Shown here: positions 42,084 to 55,661 of the stretch, one piece after another
Layout of the letters: the number at the start of each line of letters is the position of its first letter
Numbering within the stretch: the first letter of the stretch is position 1
DNA from: the human T2T-CHM13v2.0 reference genome, Homo sapiens
Length of the DNA stretch: 64,000 nt
Assembly (NCBI RefSeq): GCF_009914755.1
Contig: NC_060932.1
Direction: 5' to 3' (one strand)
Made by a program: the position numbers and the translations under genes
The notes under the pieces: model-generated
Databases searched by the model: none
Seen by the model: the letters and a program-made list of their open reading frames with translations, nothing else
What the model was told of the DNA's origin: nothing

Positions 42084-43275
42084 CTGCAAACCAAGCAAAG
42101 GCATCTCTCAACAAACACGTAGGCCTCCCTGGCATTTCACGGCGCAATGGCTGGACGCTTTTGAAATCAAGCTGGTTTCCTTATTTATTGTCTTACATTA
42201 AATCAGTCAGAGAAAGAGCTAAACAACTTGACCGCAATGATCACAAAAATTTTTGTAGTAAACTCCTTAATGTCTAAGCCATACAGTGTGATTTAAAACA
42301 TAATGTCAACATACTGAATCTTGTCATTTTACATTTTCTCTAGGGCTTTCTAGATGGAGGTAGCACAGAGAAGTCCCTGCCAGATTTGTGGATATGTCAG
42401 CTTCTTGAATGTGAGAGCAGCGTTAGGGCCATGCATGCTTCCTAACGTTTTTAAATATATGCAAAATCTCCACACCTACCATGTTGAGGATGAAATAGAG
42501 AGTCCACACCTGTCTGTACGCCCCTGTTATGCCTATTGTCTCATATAGTTATAAAGTAGAGCCCTCTTTCATCATTAAATGTATTTTTGGCTGATAACTT
42601 TATGCAAGAAAAATAGGCAAAATTATTTTGAAAAAAATAAATCATCGCAGAGGATTCTAGTCTGGATTAATTGCCTTTCCTATCTGCTCTAGTAATACCA
42701 TGTACTTCATCCAATCATAGCACAAGTCATTTTATATGAAAAGTGTCTATTCATTCTTACCTCTAGTGAAGAACACATGGCTTGACCCATAGCAGGTTTC
42801 TATAAAGTTGTTTAATTAATAATTGGCCTACACACAATATGTTTCACCATAATACTTACTAAGGGCAAAAAAACCCAAAAACAAAAACAAACCCTTCAAA
42901 CCCAAAAAAGGATACATCTGATGACACTAAGTAGTTTTCCATTGAAAATTTGAAATAAATGAAAGGCTACTCAGTGTTTTAACATTTAAAAACTAGGTGT
43001 ATTTTAAAAATTGATTTTAATACAATTAAAATTTCACTTTATTTTAAATTTCTGTATGTATAAGCAATATTTCACTTGGAAGTTAAGTATATCCACTATT
43101 TAGACAAGTATATATCACAAGAATACTTCCATTTTAATTCTCTGCTTTCTTTCTTGCTCTTTTCACACAACTTACATATTATATAAGTGATTTATTTTAG
43201 GACCTTCTCATGCTTTTGGCCAACAATATGTTAGCCTGACCAAACTTTCTAGGATTTATCAATTACTCATATATT

Positions 43276-43278
<3 letters not shown>

Positions 43279-43332
<54 letters not shown>
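43279..43332. repeat. (AC)27 perfect microsatellite
   Basis: 54 nt of uninterrupted AC repeat; it explains the CVCVCV ORF. Confidence 0.97.
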
Positions 43333-43337
<5 letters not shown>

Positions 43338-45390
43338 CTACTGAGGATTCTTGGACTTCAGTTAATATGATAACAATGAACTTTCTTTCACCCAAATGAG
43401 TCCGAATATGAACTGTCTTAAGAGCCTTTAATAGTTGAACTTTGTTGTAGTTATCATGCACTGTCTTCTCTACCAACTTCTGTTATTTTTTTTAAAAGGA
43501 GGAAATAGCTTAATTAACGACTCTAAGCTCATATGCAATTCTTGTTCTGTCGCCTAACAACTGTGTCACCTTGGTCAATATACTAGTCACTGAGTTAGTA
43601 CAAACGAATACCTAATTTATAGCATGATTACTGTATAAGATACAAAGAACTTTCTGAGAACCTGGCACAGACTAGTACCAACATTTTTGGTTGTTATTAT
43701 TGTTAAAATTATATTGAAACGAGTTATCTACTTTCCCTCTTCATATTCCTGTTTACAGTTTTGTCTCTTGTTCATTGTTTCCTCTTTGGATGTCAGCTAT
43801 ACTACAGTCCCAGCCACGTATCTCATTCCAACCAATTTGTAAAAAATGTTTTTCTCCTTTTCTTGATAATTTTCATGGTGCTAGGTGGCCTGGATTAATA
43901 ATGTTTTGATCCATATGCAGTAGATTTTCAAATACAATTTCATATAAAGATTGATTCAGATAAATATACAGGGGCATGAAAATCAAGAGTTCACTGCAAA
44001 TAAAATATGTCGGTGATATTCTAATCACTTAAAAGAAAAAACAGAATTTTTGTCTAGATATAACAAGGGCTTCTAACTGGGTGTTAAAACCTTGCCAATC
44101 TCCAAATAAAGTATTCTTAAGTTATTGTAATGTATATGCCAAAATAATTAGTAGAAATGAATAAACAAATGGATTCTGATAAAGAAATAACTGACCATGA
44201 CTATATATGAAACAGAAAGCTCTCCAAGCTGAAGAATGGGAGGAAATCTGGTGAAAAAACCTGGACTACATTCCAGTTTTTCCCACAAAAGCCCTTCCCA
44301 TTGCTATAATCTCACCACATATGGAGCCGGGCCAGTGGCTTTACTGGACAGACACATGTTGCAGTCTGCAGATAGGAGTACAACCCCAACTTGCCACTAA
44401 TAAGGGGAGAAATAAAAGTTCTGTCTCGAGATAAGCATAGTCAATTTGCAAAAATTCAGAAGGTCATGTGAAACTGCAGATGAATTCCACTGGTTTTTGT
44501 TGACAGCAGCCTTGGCAGAGAGTCATATAAATTACAGATATTCAGGTTGTGCCTCTATTCAACTTATCCTCAGTTTAGCAGACAGCAGTGGTACAAATAA
44601 TTTAGAAAGCATCTGTCACAGTGGATGTAAACTCATGTCATGGTTACTATAGACTGCCATTTCAGAAATAGGGTTTGTGAACAATTCATAGAGAAAAGAT
44701 ACTTAAAATGCTATCTAGGTCTCTGTGCAAATTTTCCTTATAAGTGAGACATTCCCTGACCATGCTATCTAGAACTGAAGTTCCTCACTGCACTCACACA
44801 GGTCTGCTGGATCTCCTCACCTCCCTTTCCTGTTGTATTTTCCTTCACTGCATTTATAGTCATTTTATACAATACTTGTTTTACTAATTTATTGTTCATT
44901 CTCTCTCCACTAAATATATAAGCTCTCTGATGGCAAGAATGTCGGTCTTTTGTTTAGATACAGTCCCCTATTTCCAGAAAAGGACCTTACACATAATAGG
45001 TGCACAATAAATTTCTTTAAAGAAAACAAAATGTGAAGAGAAAAGAGCAAAGTAAAAGTAATGATCCTTTAGAAGACACTGTTTTAAAATTACATCTCAG
45101 TTTTTTTCCCTGTTGTAGTTAAGATGTTTTCTTACTGAAAAATTATAAAAGTTATGAAGGGGTCACACAAACATAAAAATTCTATTTGAAAAGGTATATG
45201 TTTAGCACATATTCTGCTTTCTAGAAAAGTATGATACTTAAAGGTCTTTGAACCATAAAGAAAAAAATACATTTGGTTTCACCCTTCTAAACAACATAAG
45301 TTTGGTTTTTGTTTTAGATGGGGAGGGAAAGAAAGATGAATAACCCTTATGGATCTCTAAATCTGCTATTTGTATGTTGCCTCAAGCTTC

Positions 45391-45500
45391 TTACCTCCTT
45401 CCTTCCTTCCTCCTTCCCTCTCTCCCTCCCTCTTTGTTTTCTTCTCTCTCCCTCTTCCTGTCTCTTTCTCCTCTCCCTCTCCTTCTCCCTCTCTTTCTTT
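45391..45500. repeat. CT-rich low-complexity polypyrimidine tract
   Basis: cctccttccttccttcctccttccctctctccctccc... Confidence 0.85.
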
Positions 45501-45933
45501 GGTTTGGCCCTTATAGAAGGAGGTGGAAGGGGAAATAATAACCATAACTAGCCTATCTGCAAAGTCAAGTTGTGAAAAAAACAGTACTTATACATTACCA
45601 AACTGGAATTCCTACTTAAACACCAATATTTCACTTAAGATACAAGCACTTATGGTCTTACATGTAGATTTATTTTCCATGTAGCATAGAACCCAGACAG
45701 ATCATTTAGTTCACAGAGATAAATTCACATAGTGTACACCATGGAGCAGTAACATACGGGGAAATTCTGTTTATTATTCTTTTATATCCTTTAAAATTCT
45801 GGCTCGTGATAGGCATATTTGTTTGCTGAGAACTATATGGAAAAGGCCTACTGTCTGAATATGAAATTATGATGTTAATGATCTACTATCAGTAGAAATT
45901 GCTGTTTTCAGGATCCTTTTAAAAAATGAATCA

Positions 45934-46072
45934 GCTGAGTCAGGAGAATTGCTTGAACCCAGGAGGCGGAGGCTGCAGTGGGCCGAGATTGTGCCACTGC
46001 ACTCCGCCAGCCTGGGTGATAGAGAGAGACTCCGTCTCAGAAAAAAACAGAACAAAACAAAAAACAAAAAAA
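45934..46072 (+). mobile_element. Alu right-arm 3' fragment
   Basis: gctgagtcaggagaattgcttgaacccaggaggcggagg...gagactccgtctc followed by an A-rich tail. Confidence 0.92.
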
Positions 46073-46557
46073 CCTAATCAGTAGAACTGATCTACTTTTA
46101 CTTCTCTTCTGATACACAGATTCATTTATTCATACCAACAACTTTCCATAAATCTACAAATGTGTCACATGTTCACACTGAACATTTCTAGCAGTCACCA
46201 GTTGTTCTTTGGGCCCTCCTCTGCCAAGCCACCTTGGTCCTGCTCTATCTAGTCTTCCTCCTTTCTGAAACAGCATCTCAAATCTCTTTATTTCTCACCA
46301 TCACCACTGTCACCATCCGAGTCCAAGCTGCCACTGTATTTCACTGAGATGACTGCAATGCCAATGCAAAGCCTCTGCTTTGCCTCCTACTGCATCTAGA
46401 ATGAAACTCAAACCTGGACTCCTGCCTCCAGCTCCTACGCAGCTCCCAGCAGTCTCTCTTGTGTTCATATTGCTCCAGTTATATCAGCTTCCTTTCAGCT
46501 GCTTGACAGAGGAAAGCTCTTTTCTTCCTTAAGACACCTTGCAGGCAGTTTGCCCTA

Positions 46558-46882
46558 CAGTAGGCCCTCTGTTTCTGTGGTTTCGCTTTCCACAGTTTCA
46601 GTTACCTGTGGTCAACCCTAGTCCAAAAATAGATAAGTCCAGCATAATAAGGTATTTTGAGAGAGAGACCATATACGCAAAACTTTTATCACAGTATATT
46701 GTTGTAATTGTTCTATTTCATTATTGTTAATCTCGTACTGTGCCTACTTTATAAGTTAAACTTTATCATAGGTTTGTGTATGTATAGGTAAGAACATAGT
46801 GTATGGTCTGGTACTATCTGCAGTTTGAGGCATCCACTGGGGGTCCTGGAACATATCCTCCATGGGTAAGAGGGGACAACTG
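46558..46882 (+). mobile_element. MER44A-like TcMar-Tigger DNA transposon
   Basis: Degenerate TIRs cagtaggccctct... / ...aggggacaactg, TA duplication on both sides, internal ggtttcgctttccacagtttcagttacc and ggcatccactgggggtc. Confidence 0.85.
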
Positions 46883-47002
46883 TACTTTAAATGTTCTTCC
46901 TTTTCCATCAATTTGAATCACAAATCATCCATTAATTCTCAGCTGAAATGTTATTCCGTAAAGAGGGCTTGGCTGCCCTCTGACTGAAATTACATAACAC
47001 TA

Positions 47003-47356
47003 TGCTATGATCTGAATGTTTGTGTCCCTTCAAATTCTTATGTTGAAATCCTAAGCCCCAAAGTATTAGGAGGTGGAGCCTTTGGGAATGATTATGTCTG
47101 GAAGGCAGAACCCAAATAAATGAGATTATTGCCCTTATAAAAGAGGCCCTAGAGAGCTGCACTGCCCCCTCCACTGTGTGAGAACACAGCTAACAGGTGC
47201 CATTTATGAAAAGTGGGTCCTCACCTTACACAGAATCAGCTGGTGCCTTGACCTTAGACTTCCCAGTCTCCAGAAATGTGAAGAGTAATTTTCTGCCATT
47301 TGCAAAGTGCCTAGTTTACGGTGTTCTGGTATAGCACATCCTGATGAACTAAGACA
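47003..47356 (+). mobile_element. MaLR solo LTR (MLT1A/MST-like)
   Basis: tgctatgatctgaatgtttgtgtccc...gcccttataaaagagg...gccttgaccttagacttccc...gaactaagaca; TG...CA ends. Confidence 0.88.
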
Positions 47357-47722
47357 TTCTTGTACTATCTCATGGTACTCTGCACTTTGACTTCACAGCA
47401 CTTACACATATGTTACTGCATCATGGTATTTGTGACGTCATTTCTTCCACCTACTCCACTGTATGATATGCTCCACAAGAATGGGGCAGTGCGTATTTTC
47501 CTTATCGCTGGATTACCAGCATGGTGAACTGTGTCTGGTGTACTGCAGGAGTACAACACATTTACTAGACAGATCTCCCAATTTTTTTCACCAAACTGTC
47601 ATAGGATGAGTATATATATCTGAGATTGTTCAAAACAAGGTAGCTGTTTAGTTTGAGTATTAACCCTATTTATTAAGATGACATTCTAACCAAGGGAAAT
47701 CATTAGCTGTGGAAAAAATTAG

Positions 47723-48106
<384 letters not shown>

Positions 48107-48832
48107 TGAAGGCTTCTGATGTGGGCGTGGAGAGTGTCTGGGGAAACTGGTGTTGAAAATTAAGCTGTTTCCTAAGAAAAAAATTGGGTATGCAACAATA
48201 CCGAAAGAAAGACAAAAATGTGGCAGCTATATACATAATAAGGAGGAACGTGATTTATATGAATGCTTAAAAGGCAGAGAAAGAAATGGTGGTCTTGGTT
48301 TTCCATTCCGTGGTAGGCCTGCTTTGGTTCTACCTCTTTGCAAGCAGTATGAGATTTCAGAGGCACTCTGCTGGATGCTCTCCACTGTGGGGTAAACCTT
48401 GGTAGCGAGGCTCATCAGGCAGTCTCACAGGTGAGTGGAGTTTGGAAGGCAGCAGTGAACAGGTAGCTATGTACATCTGGGCAGAATGGAAGAGCCAGCA
48501 ACGAACACTAAGCCTAAGACAGACATCAAAAGGTTTACCAATTTCAGAACACTGCCCTTCTGAAGGGACAAGAAGAATAAATGGGGAGCTTCAGTTGGAG
48601 TTCAGGGGAGGAAAAGTGTACTTTGGAGAAAACTGCTATTAAATAGCTGTTACTTTCACCACTGAACTGACTCATTCTTTTAGTCATACTTCAAAAGCAT
48701 GGAGAAAAAGCAAACTATCAGAATTTCTCAGAAAATTTCTTACTTAAAGTTTTTTAATAACACCCTATGTTAGACTCTATATCTCCCAATCACAGCCATA
48801 ATTACTGCACTTATTGAAATAAAAATTGATGA

Positions 48833-48962
48833 TGGTCTGGCTTGTGCCTGTAATCCCAGCTACTTGGGAGGCTGATGGAGGAGGATCACCTGAGCCTAGA
48901 AGTTCCATACCAGCCTGGGCAATACAGTGAGACCCCCATCTCTAAAAAGAATTAAAAGAAAA
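48833..48962 (+). mobile_element. Free Alu monomer (FLAM-like)
   Basis: gcctgtaatcccagctacttgggaggctga...cagcctgggcaatacagtgagaccccc; attgatgatg on both flanks. Confidence 0.85.
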
Positions 48963-49389
48963 GATTGATGATGATGGCTAATACCAATGATTAGGTTAAA
49001 TTTATGCATTTTTAGGGTATTTTATGTAAATATTTGAATGTCACCTAATATTTCCAACAATAAAATATATTTAATAGAAAGATAATACTTACATATATTG
49101 TAGTAAAAACAGTTTTTTTTATAAACAGCTCAAATTTTAAAATGTATTACTAGATTCTGTTGAAAAGGTGACAAAAGCATTTGTTGCTCAGAATGATGAA
49201 GTGAAAGGAACTCAGGAAGTTTAAGCTGTTGGATTTATAAGCATGTATACAGTAGCTGTTTTTCTTAAAAAACAACCATATTATATAAAAACATTGGTTG
49301 TGACCAATAAATTTGAAAAATAAATGTTTTCGAGAACCAACAAGGCTGCTAACAAAGTAAAAAGCTATGAAAACATGGAGAAAATATGT

Positions 49390-52125
49390 GTATCCCAGCT
49401 CACAAATGGTCAATTAATCTAATGTATAAAGAACTCTTAAAAATCAAGGAAACAAACCCCCAAACCTTATAGAAAAACCAGTAAAAGACGTGAACAGTTT
49501 ATACAAACGCACACGCACACACAGACACACACACACACAGTTTATAAATGTAGGGAAAGATACTCAACTTCACTCATAAGTAAAATGCAAACTGAAACTA
49601 TTTTGATATACCATACATTATCAGATTGCTTTGATCTCACGGCTTGTAGGAATGGGCATCCGTATTTATTTCTGGTAGGAGTGCAAAATGGCATGATGCC
49701 TGTGGAAATCAATATGGCAACATCTAATAGCATGACATACATATTTGTCTTTTGACCCAGTAATCTCTTCTCTGTCAATCCACTTCAAATTAAGATACAA
49801 CCTCCCAAATAAAAAGATGCAATACATTACAAAATCATATGATATACTATAATAGAAATAAATTTTTGCAAGGTTTCTCATTGTGATGTCATTTTTGATA
49901 GCAAATGTATTGTATCTTCTGTGTAAAAGAGGATGGGAAAATTTATCTATATTAACATTGTTTTATAGGCATAGCTATAAATATAGATAAAATATAGATA
50001 TTGCTTATGTTGTCCTTACTAAACAGATAGCACAGAAACTAATATAAAAGTAGTTACTGAGTAATAAAAATGGGTGAAGCATACTAAAAGTGTGGAAATG
50101 CAGGACAGATTTCTCAGACTATGTGCATGTTTTATTTTTTTTTATTTTTATTAAATTTTGTGTCAGGTTGAATTGTTAAAAATAAAAAAAATTAAAATCA
50201 AAGGCAAAAAAAGCATGTGCTAAAAATAAATCCCTAAATTCATCTGTATAAGAAATTGGAAACATACCCACATGGAGAAAATAAATATATCATATGACTT
50301 TGGAACCCAGTACTCTGATTGTACATTAGTGGGAAATAGACCACAAAAGAAACTTCAAATAAATATTAATCTTCATTCAATAATTTTATGGTTAAAAGGA
50401 TTTCCGGTATTATAAATTTAAAACTATTATAAGACAAAAGTTAATATGTTAATGTTATTAGAACAAAGAGTTTCAGAGTAAAAAAAGAGATATAAGTATG
50501 TTAATTAATGTTACATTTGGATTAGAAATTAGAATGAAAATAATTCATGATTTAAACACATACACAAACAGAATTTTCTAATTTTTTCTAAATTTTTAGG
50601 AAATTTTCACAATTTCTTAATTTTGTTGGCTCAAAAGACATAAAAGCCATAATATTCCAGTGATGGGTATTACATAGAGCACCTATTAGAAGGAATCAGG
50701 GCTTCTTGGAGAATAGTTGAGTCTGGGCTCAAGATAGGCTAATTACAAGGTACGCCTGGAACAATTGCGACAAAGCAAGAAATTACTCAAGACTAATGGA
50801 AGCAAGCCAAAGCATGGGAGCAGCTTAAGCAAAGGGTAAATTTGGGATTAAAGTGGGAATCAAAAGGAAAAATGGCTGCAATTGGGTATAATATACAGAA
50901 TGAATAAATTTAAGAGTTCGAGAGTAGTAATCATTACTATTGCAACTGGCTAGTGTAAAAACTCTTTTCACTGAAAATTGGTAATCAAAGGGAAAGAATT
51001 AACTATAAGAAAGAGTTAAACATCTGTGCTGCCTTTTTAGAAGAAAAAATGTAGTTCATCTCTAGTTCATGAGAGTTAGCTTTTTAGAGAAGAATGCCTA
51101 ATGCAGAAGGGAAAACAGAAAGAGAAAAATCATTTTGCAACTCCCAATTAAATAACTGGTTCAAGCAAGAACCATCACTGAATTTGACTACATTCCATCT
51201 ATTATTGAGAAAGAAGATATTTACCTATTACTAAAAAACAGCCTGCAAAGTAAGCAAAGAACAAAACAAAAATTTTCATGTTGTGGTAACTGCAGATTCA
51301 CATGCAATTATAAGAAATAACACAAACAGATTCATTTTCCCTTCCCTACTTTTCCCCCAATGGTAACGCTTGCCTAACTACAGTACAATTTCAAAACCAG
51401 AAAAGTGAGAATGATCCCATTTACCAATGTTATTAAAATCTCACCAATTTTTCATGCACTTGTGTGTATATATGCTAATTTTAATAGCAAAAGTATACCT
51501 TTCCAAGGCAAAGTTATGTCAGTTGCCACCCTAAGCATCAAGGATTGCATCAGTGATAGTGGACATCTTGATATATGCTCATAATGTGATGCAACACAAA
51601 TAGCTAGGCATTTGAAAATCACAAAGTCTATGATGTACAATCACGTAGAAGCAAAACTTGTTAGGCCAAGTTTTTGTTAGGCCAAATCTAATTGGGCCTT
51701 CAGACTTAACTTCTTCACATTTAAGAGAGGAATAACTTAAGACAAGCAATCAAACACATCCTAAAATGTGAGATAGTTTATAAGACTATAAACTTGGCTT
51801 GGTCTCAGCAAGAAGAAAAAGGAGGAAAAAAAAAGAAAAGAGGCTGGAAAAAAAAGAGCCCAATAAAAGATCTAAAAAGACATAGTCAAAAGCAGCACAT
51901 AGATAGTCATTGGATCCCGTATTTAAAGATGAAATTTCATGATACGTACAACTTTGTTTCGCCAAACACTTGCACATGTGTACTGCATTTGCATACATAC
52001 ATACACATGAAGAAAATATAAGCAAAACACTAATAGTTGTGAAATCTAAATATTAGGTGTGACCATGTTTATTCTTGCAACTTTTCTGTATTTGTGAAAA
52101 ATTTCTTAGTAAAAAGTTAAAAAAA
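49390..52125 (+). mobile_element. Cluster of ancient L1M fragments (mixed subfamilies)
   Basis: Degenerate L1 3' motifs such as tataaagaactcttaaaaatcaa, ctggtaggagtgcaaaatggca, tttgacccagtaatc and ttcttgcaacttttctgta. Boundaries approximate. Confidence 0.55.
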
Positions 52126-55021
52126 TACTCATTAAAAATCTGGAAAATACATAGGTAACTACATTATGAAAAAATATTATTATGGAATCTTTGTAAATAT
52201 TTGTGATGGGTAAATACTATTCTAACTAGTGAATGTAAGTTTATTAAACCTCCATTGACTAGCCATTTAGATTTGCTACTATAAAAAAGGCTGCAACCAA
52301 CATCTTTGTTCATTAAAAAAGAAACAAAAATATGTTTTGTGGCATGTAACTAAGGGTAATATATGCTTCATTTGACTGTAACATATGTGGACTGGAAATG
52401 TAAGATCACATATTGTGATACCATGCAAATACATTATAAATTCATTAATTTAATTTCACACTAAATTTTGTTCTCAGGTTTACTGTTTACAGATAATTGT
52501 AAAAGGTACTGTAGTGTTTAAAAAGAGAGCAAGGACATTTACACTTAATTAACTGTATTACTTTTTCAACATTGGAAAAGAAAAAGTAAAGTCATAACTT
52601 GAAGAAGAAAAACTATTAAGGGAGGCTTAATAGATGTGTCTGGCAAAGATAATGCCATTCTGGGAAGTTTTCAATATTTTATAACAAGAGCTGACACAAG
52701 CTGGTTTTTGGTATATAAATGTTAGGGGAAAACCTGTTCAAAGCAACCATTAGAATACACTTTTTCACTAAGACAGTCGTGAATGTCTGCAATGATTTTG
52801 CAGGCACGGTTTTCAGGGCTCATCACTTAAGATTGACCAGATGTAATTCTGTGAGAAATGATGCAGCAGTACATCTCAATAGGTCAAATCACTTTGGGTA
52901 CTGCCAGTATTTTTGAAAAATGCTCAAAATGTAGACTTTATTATAGTAGAGGAAGGAAGTGAAATATTAACAAGTGATTCTTCTAAATAATTTCTAAATT
53001 CACAATTCTGAAATTTCCCTTAATGTCTTTATTTTCAAGGAAGAATGTCATAGTTACCATTTGGATTAAAAAATGTAAACTATTTTAATAAAATGTTTAT
53101 TTGTGTTTCAAAAGAAAAGGGAGTTGATATATTCAGATTACTTTGTTTACTACTTGTGCTAAGTTTATGTGTTAACATTTATAGTCTAAAAATGTTAAAT
53201 ATTCACTTTTATATTAATTTATAGGGAAAAATCTCAACACCGAAGAGTTTAGTGATGTAGCAGATATGGACCCCCTTTTTATTAATTAGTATTCATTTTA
53301 AATTCTAACTTAGAGAATACTAACTTTAAAACTTAAAAATGCATACTCATTCATGAAGACAATAATATATTAATTTTTATCCAATTTCTATACATAAACA
53401 ATAAATCATAAAAAAGTGTTGCTACACCAAAAATGTAGTTCAGCTCTAGCACAGAAAGAGCGAGCTGGGGAGTAAGTGAAAGATGGGTGTGTGCTGACAC
53501 TCTTTTCTTTTTAGGTATTTATATCTTTTTCCTGTTTCTTCTTTAATCTACTCTTGTTCAGAAATCACTGGGGGATGGGTATGATGAAGAAAAGAACAAT
53601 CACTAAAAAGTTTACCATCGATGTACTGCAGTTAGGGAAAGTAGTCACAAATTCCAGATAAGAATGCACCACACATTACTGCTGTATGATATTCTGATTT
53701 TTGTTCTCCTCCTTTGAGATCTGAAGATCGTATTAGCAAGGTGCTCTATTAAGTGTTGAAACATGTAAAAGGTTTTCTTCCTTCCATTGTACTAACAGTT
53801 CTGGATTCAAAAATATGAACTCTTTGAGAATGTATATTCAATCTACGGAGGAGGAGAGGCAGACAGCTAATTTCAAAATGCTGTGTAAAATGCTATTCTT
53901 GCTGTCTCTATAAAATGGGAACTACCCTTTAGTGAATATTATGAGCTGGGAAAACAGTGTATTATTAGCACACCTATCAAGAATTACCATCCTTTTATTT
54001 TCAAACTAAAGAAAGATGTCTTACATACAATAAAATCCAGGTTCTTGTTGAGTATAGGGCCATTTCTACCCAAGGTACATAGACAATGTATTCAATTTAG
54101 TTTTTTCACCACCCAAGCTAAAGTTGTCTCTTCAATCTCTTTCTATCAAAGCATCATGTTATATTTTCTTCACAATATCCATTGTTCTCTGAAATTACCT
54201 TGTTTATTTGTTCACTTGCTTTCCATCAGAGTATGTGCCTCATCTGTCTTATTAAAAGACTGTACCCCTTAACCCTGGAACAGTTCCCAGCACAATTTGT
54301 TGAATGAATGTTCAAAGATAGGGAGAGAAAAACAGAGACAGAGAGAGATCAGCAAATCTTTTGCTTGGCCAGGAATTTAGGAAAACTTGGTCAATATTCT
54401 GTTTAGGTGTCTTCACAGAAATTCTTAGGTGTCCTCCCAGAACTCCCAGAAACTCTTTCTTAGGCTCTCTTTCCTGCTCCTATAGTCCTAAACTGGCCTA
54501 TAGTCCTAAATTAGCAAGCCTACTTAGATTATAAATTACTTAAATTATAATTTACATCCAATGGTCTAAGTAGGCTGGCCAATGTGCCAGTCATATGTAT
54601 ACTCTTTCCCATAAGCATCATCATCATACTTTGCTTTCTCTCTCTTTCTTTAAGGTACAATCTAGGCTTCACCTCCTCTGGGGATACTTACTTTAAACTA
54701 TGCCTCCTATTCCCCCAAAGACTTCTTGCTTTTTAGCCGACTGTCCTGCTTATTCTCACAGCATACCTTAGTTCCCGTAATAGTGGCCAGTGTGCCATGG
54801 CATAGGCATGCTGAGTAGGGTGGGAAAAGGAGATGTTTCATGATATGACATAGGAAGAGGGAAAGGGTTGAGCTAGAGCTAGGGAGTATATTTTCAGCTT
54901 GGTCTTCAATCAGACATGTTCTTTCTCACCAGAATTCACCATACCACACGAGAGGAATTTCACTAGCCTGAAAGAACACAGAAAGTGGAGCAGGCCGTCA
55001 GCATTAGGAATATGATATTGA

Positions 55022-55329
55022 GGCCCAGTGCAGTGGCTCACTCCTGTAATTCCAGCACTTTGGGAGGCCAAGGCAGGAGAATCACTTGAGCCCAGGAGTT
55101 CAAGACCAGCTGGGACAACATAGTGAGATCCTGTCTCTACAAAAAACAAAAAAATAGCTGGGCATGGTGGTTGCATGCCTGAGGTCCCAGCTACTTGGAA
55201 GGCTGTGATGGGAGAATTGCTTAAACCTGGCAGGTTGAGGCTGCAGTGAGCCGTGATTGTGGTACTGCGCTACAGCCTAGGGTAACAGAGTGAGGTCCTG
55301 TCTCCAAAAAAACCAAACAAACAAAAAAA
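55022..55329 (+). mobile_element. Full-length Alu (AluJ-type)
   Basis: ggcccagtgcagtggctcactcctgtaattccagc...ttgagcccaggagttc...gaggctgcagtgagccgtgat. Confidence 0.94.
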
Positions 55330-55338
55330 TGTACATAC

Positions 55339-55661
55339 ATATATATCTATATCTATCTCTATATAAAAGAATGTGTATCTATATTATATATATAGATATA
55401 TAGATATCTATTATATATAGATATAATAGATATCTATATATCTATATATAATAGATATCTATATATCTATATAATAGATATCTGCTGACTGTAAGTACAG
55501 AAGACGTCTGACTGCGATCATGTACTAGACCCCAGTGAGTGTTCAGCTGAGCCTTCCCTGTATTCCTGACCCACAAAATGGTGAGCAAATGGTTGTGTTA
55601 AGCCCCTATAGATATATATAGATATCTATAGATATCTATATATATAGAGACAGAGAGAGAG
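55339..55661. repeat. (TA/TATAGA)n simple repeat split by a ~124-bp LTR-like insert (55483-55606)
   Basis: tatagatatc-type units on both sides of a complex sequence resembling an MLT1 LTR 3' part. Confidence 0.85.
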
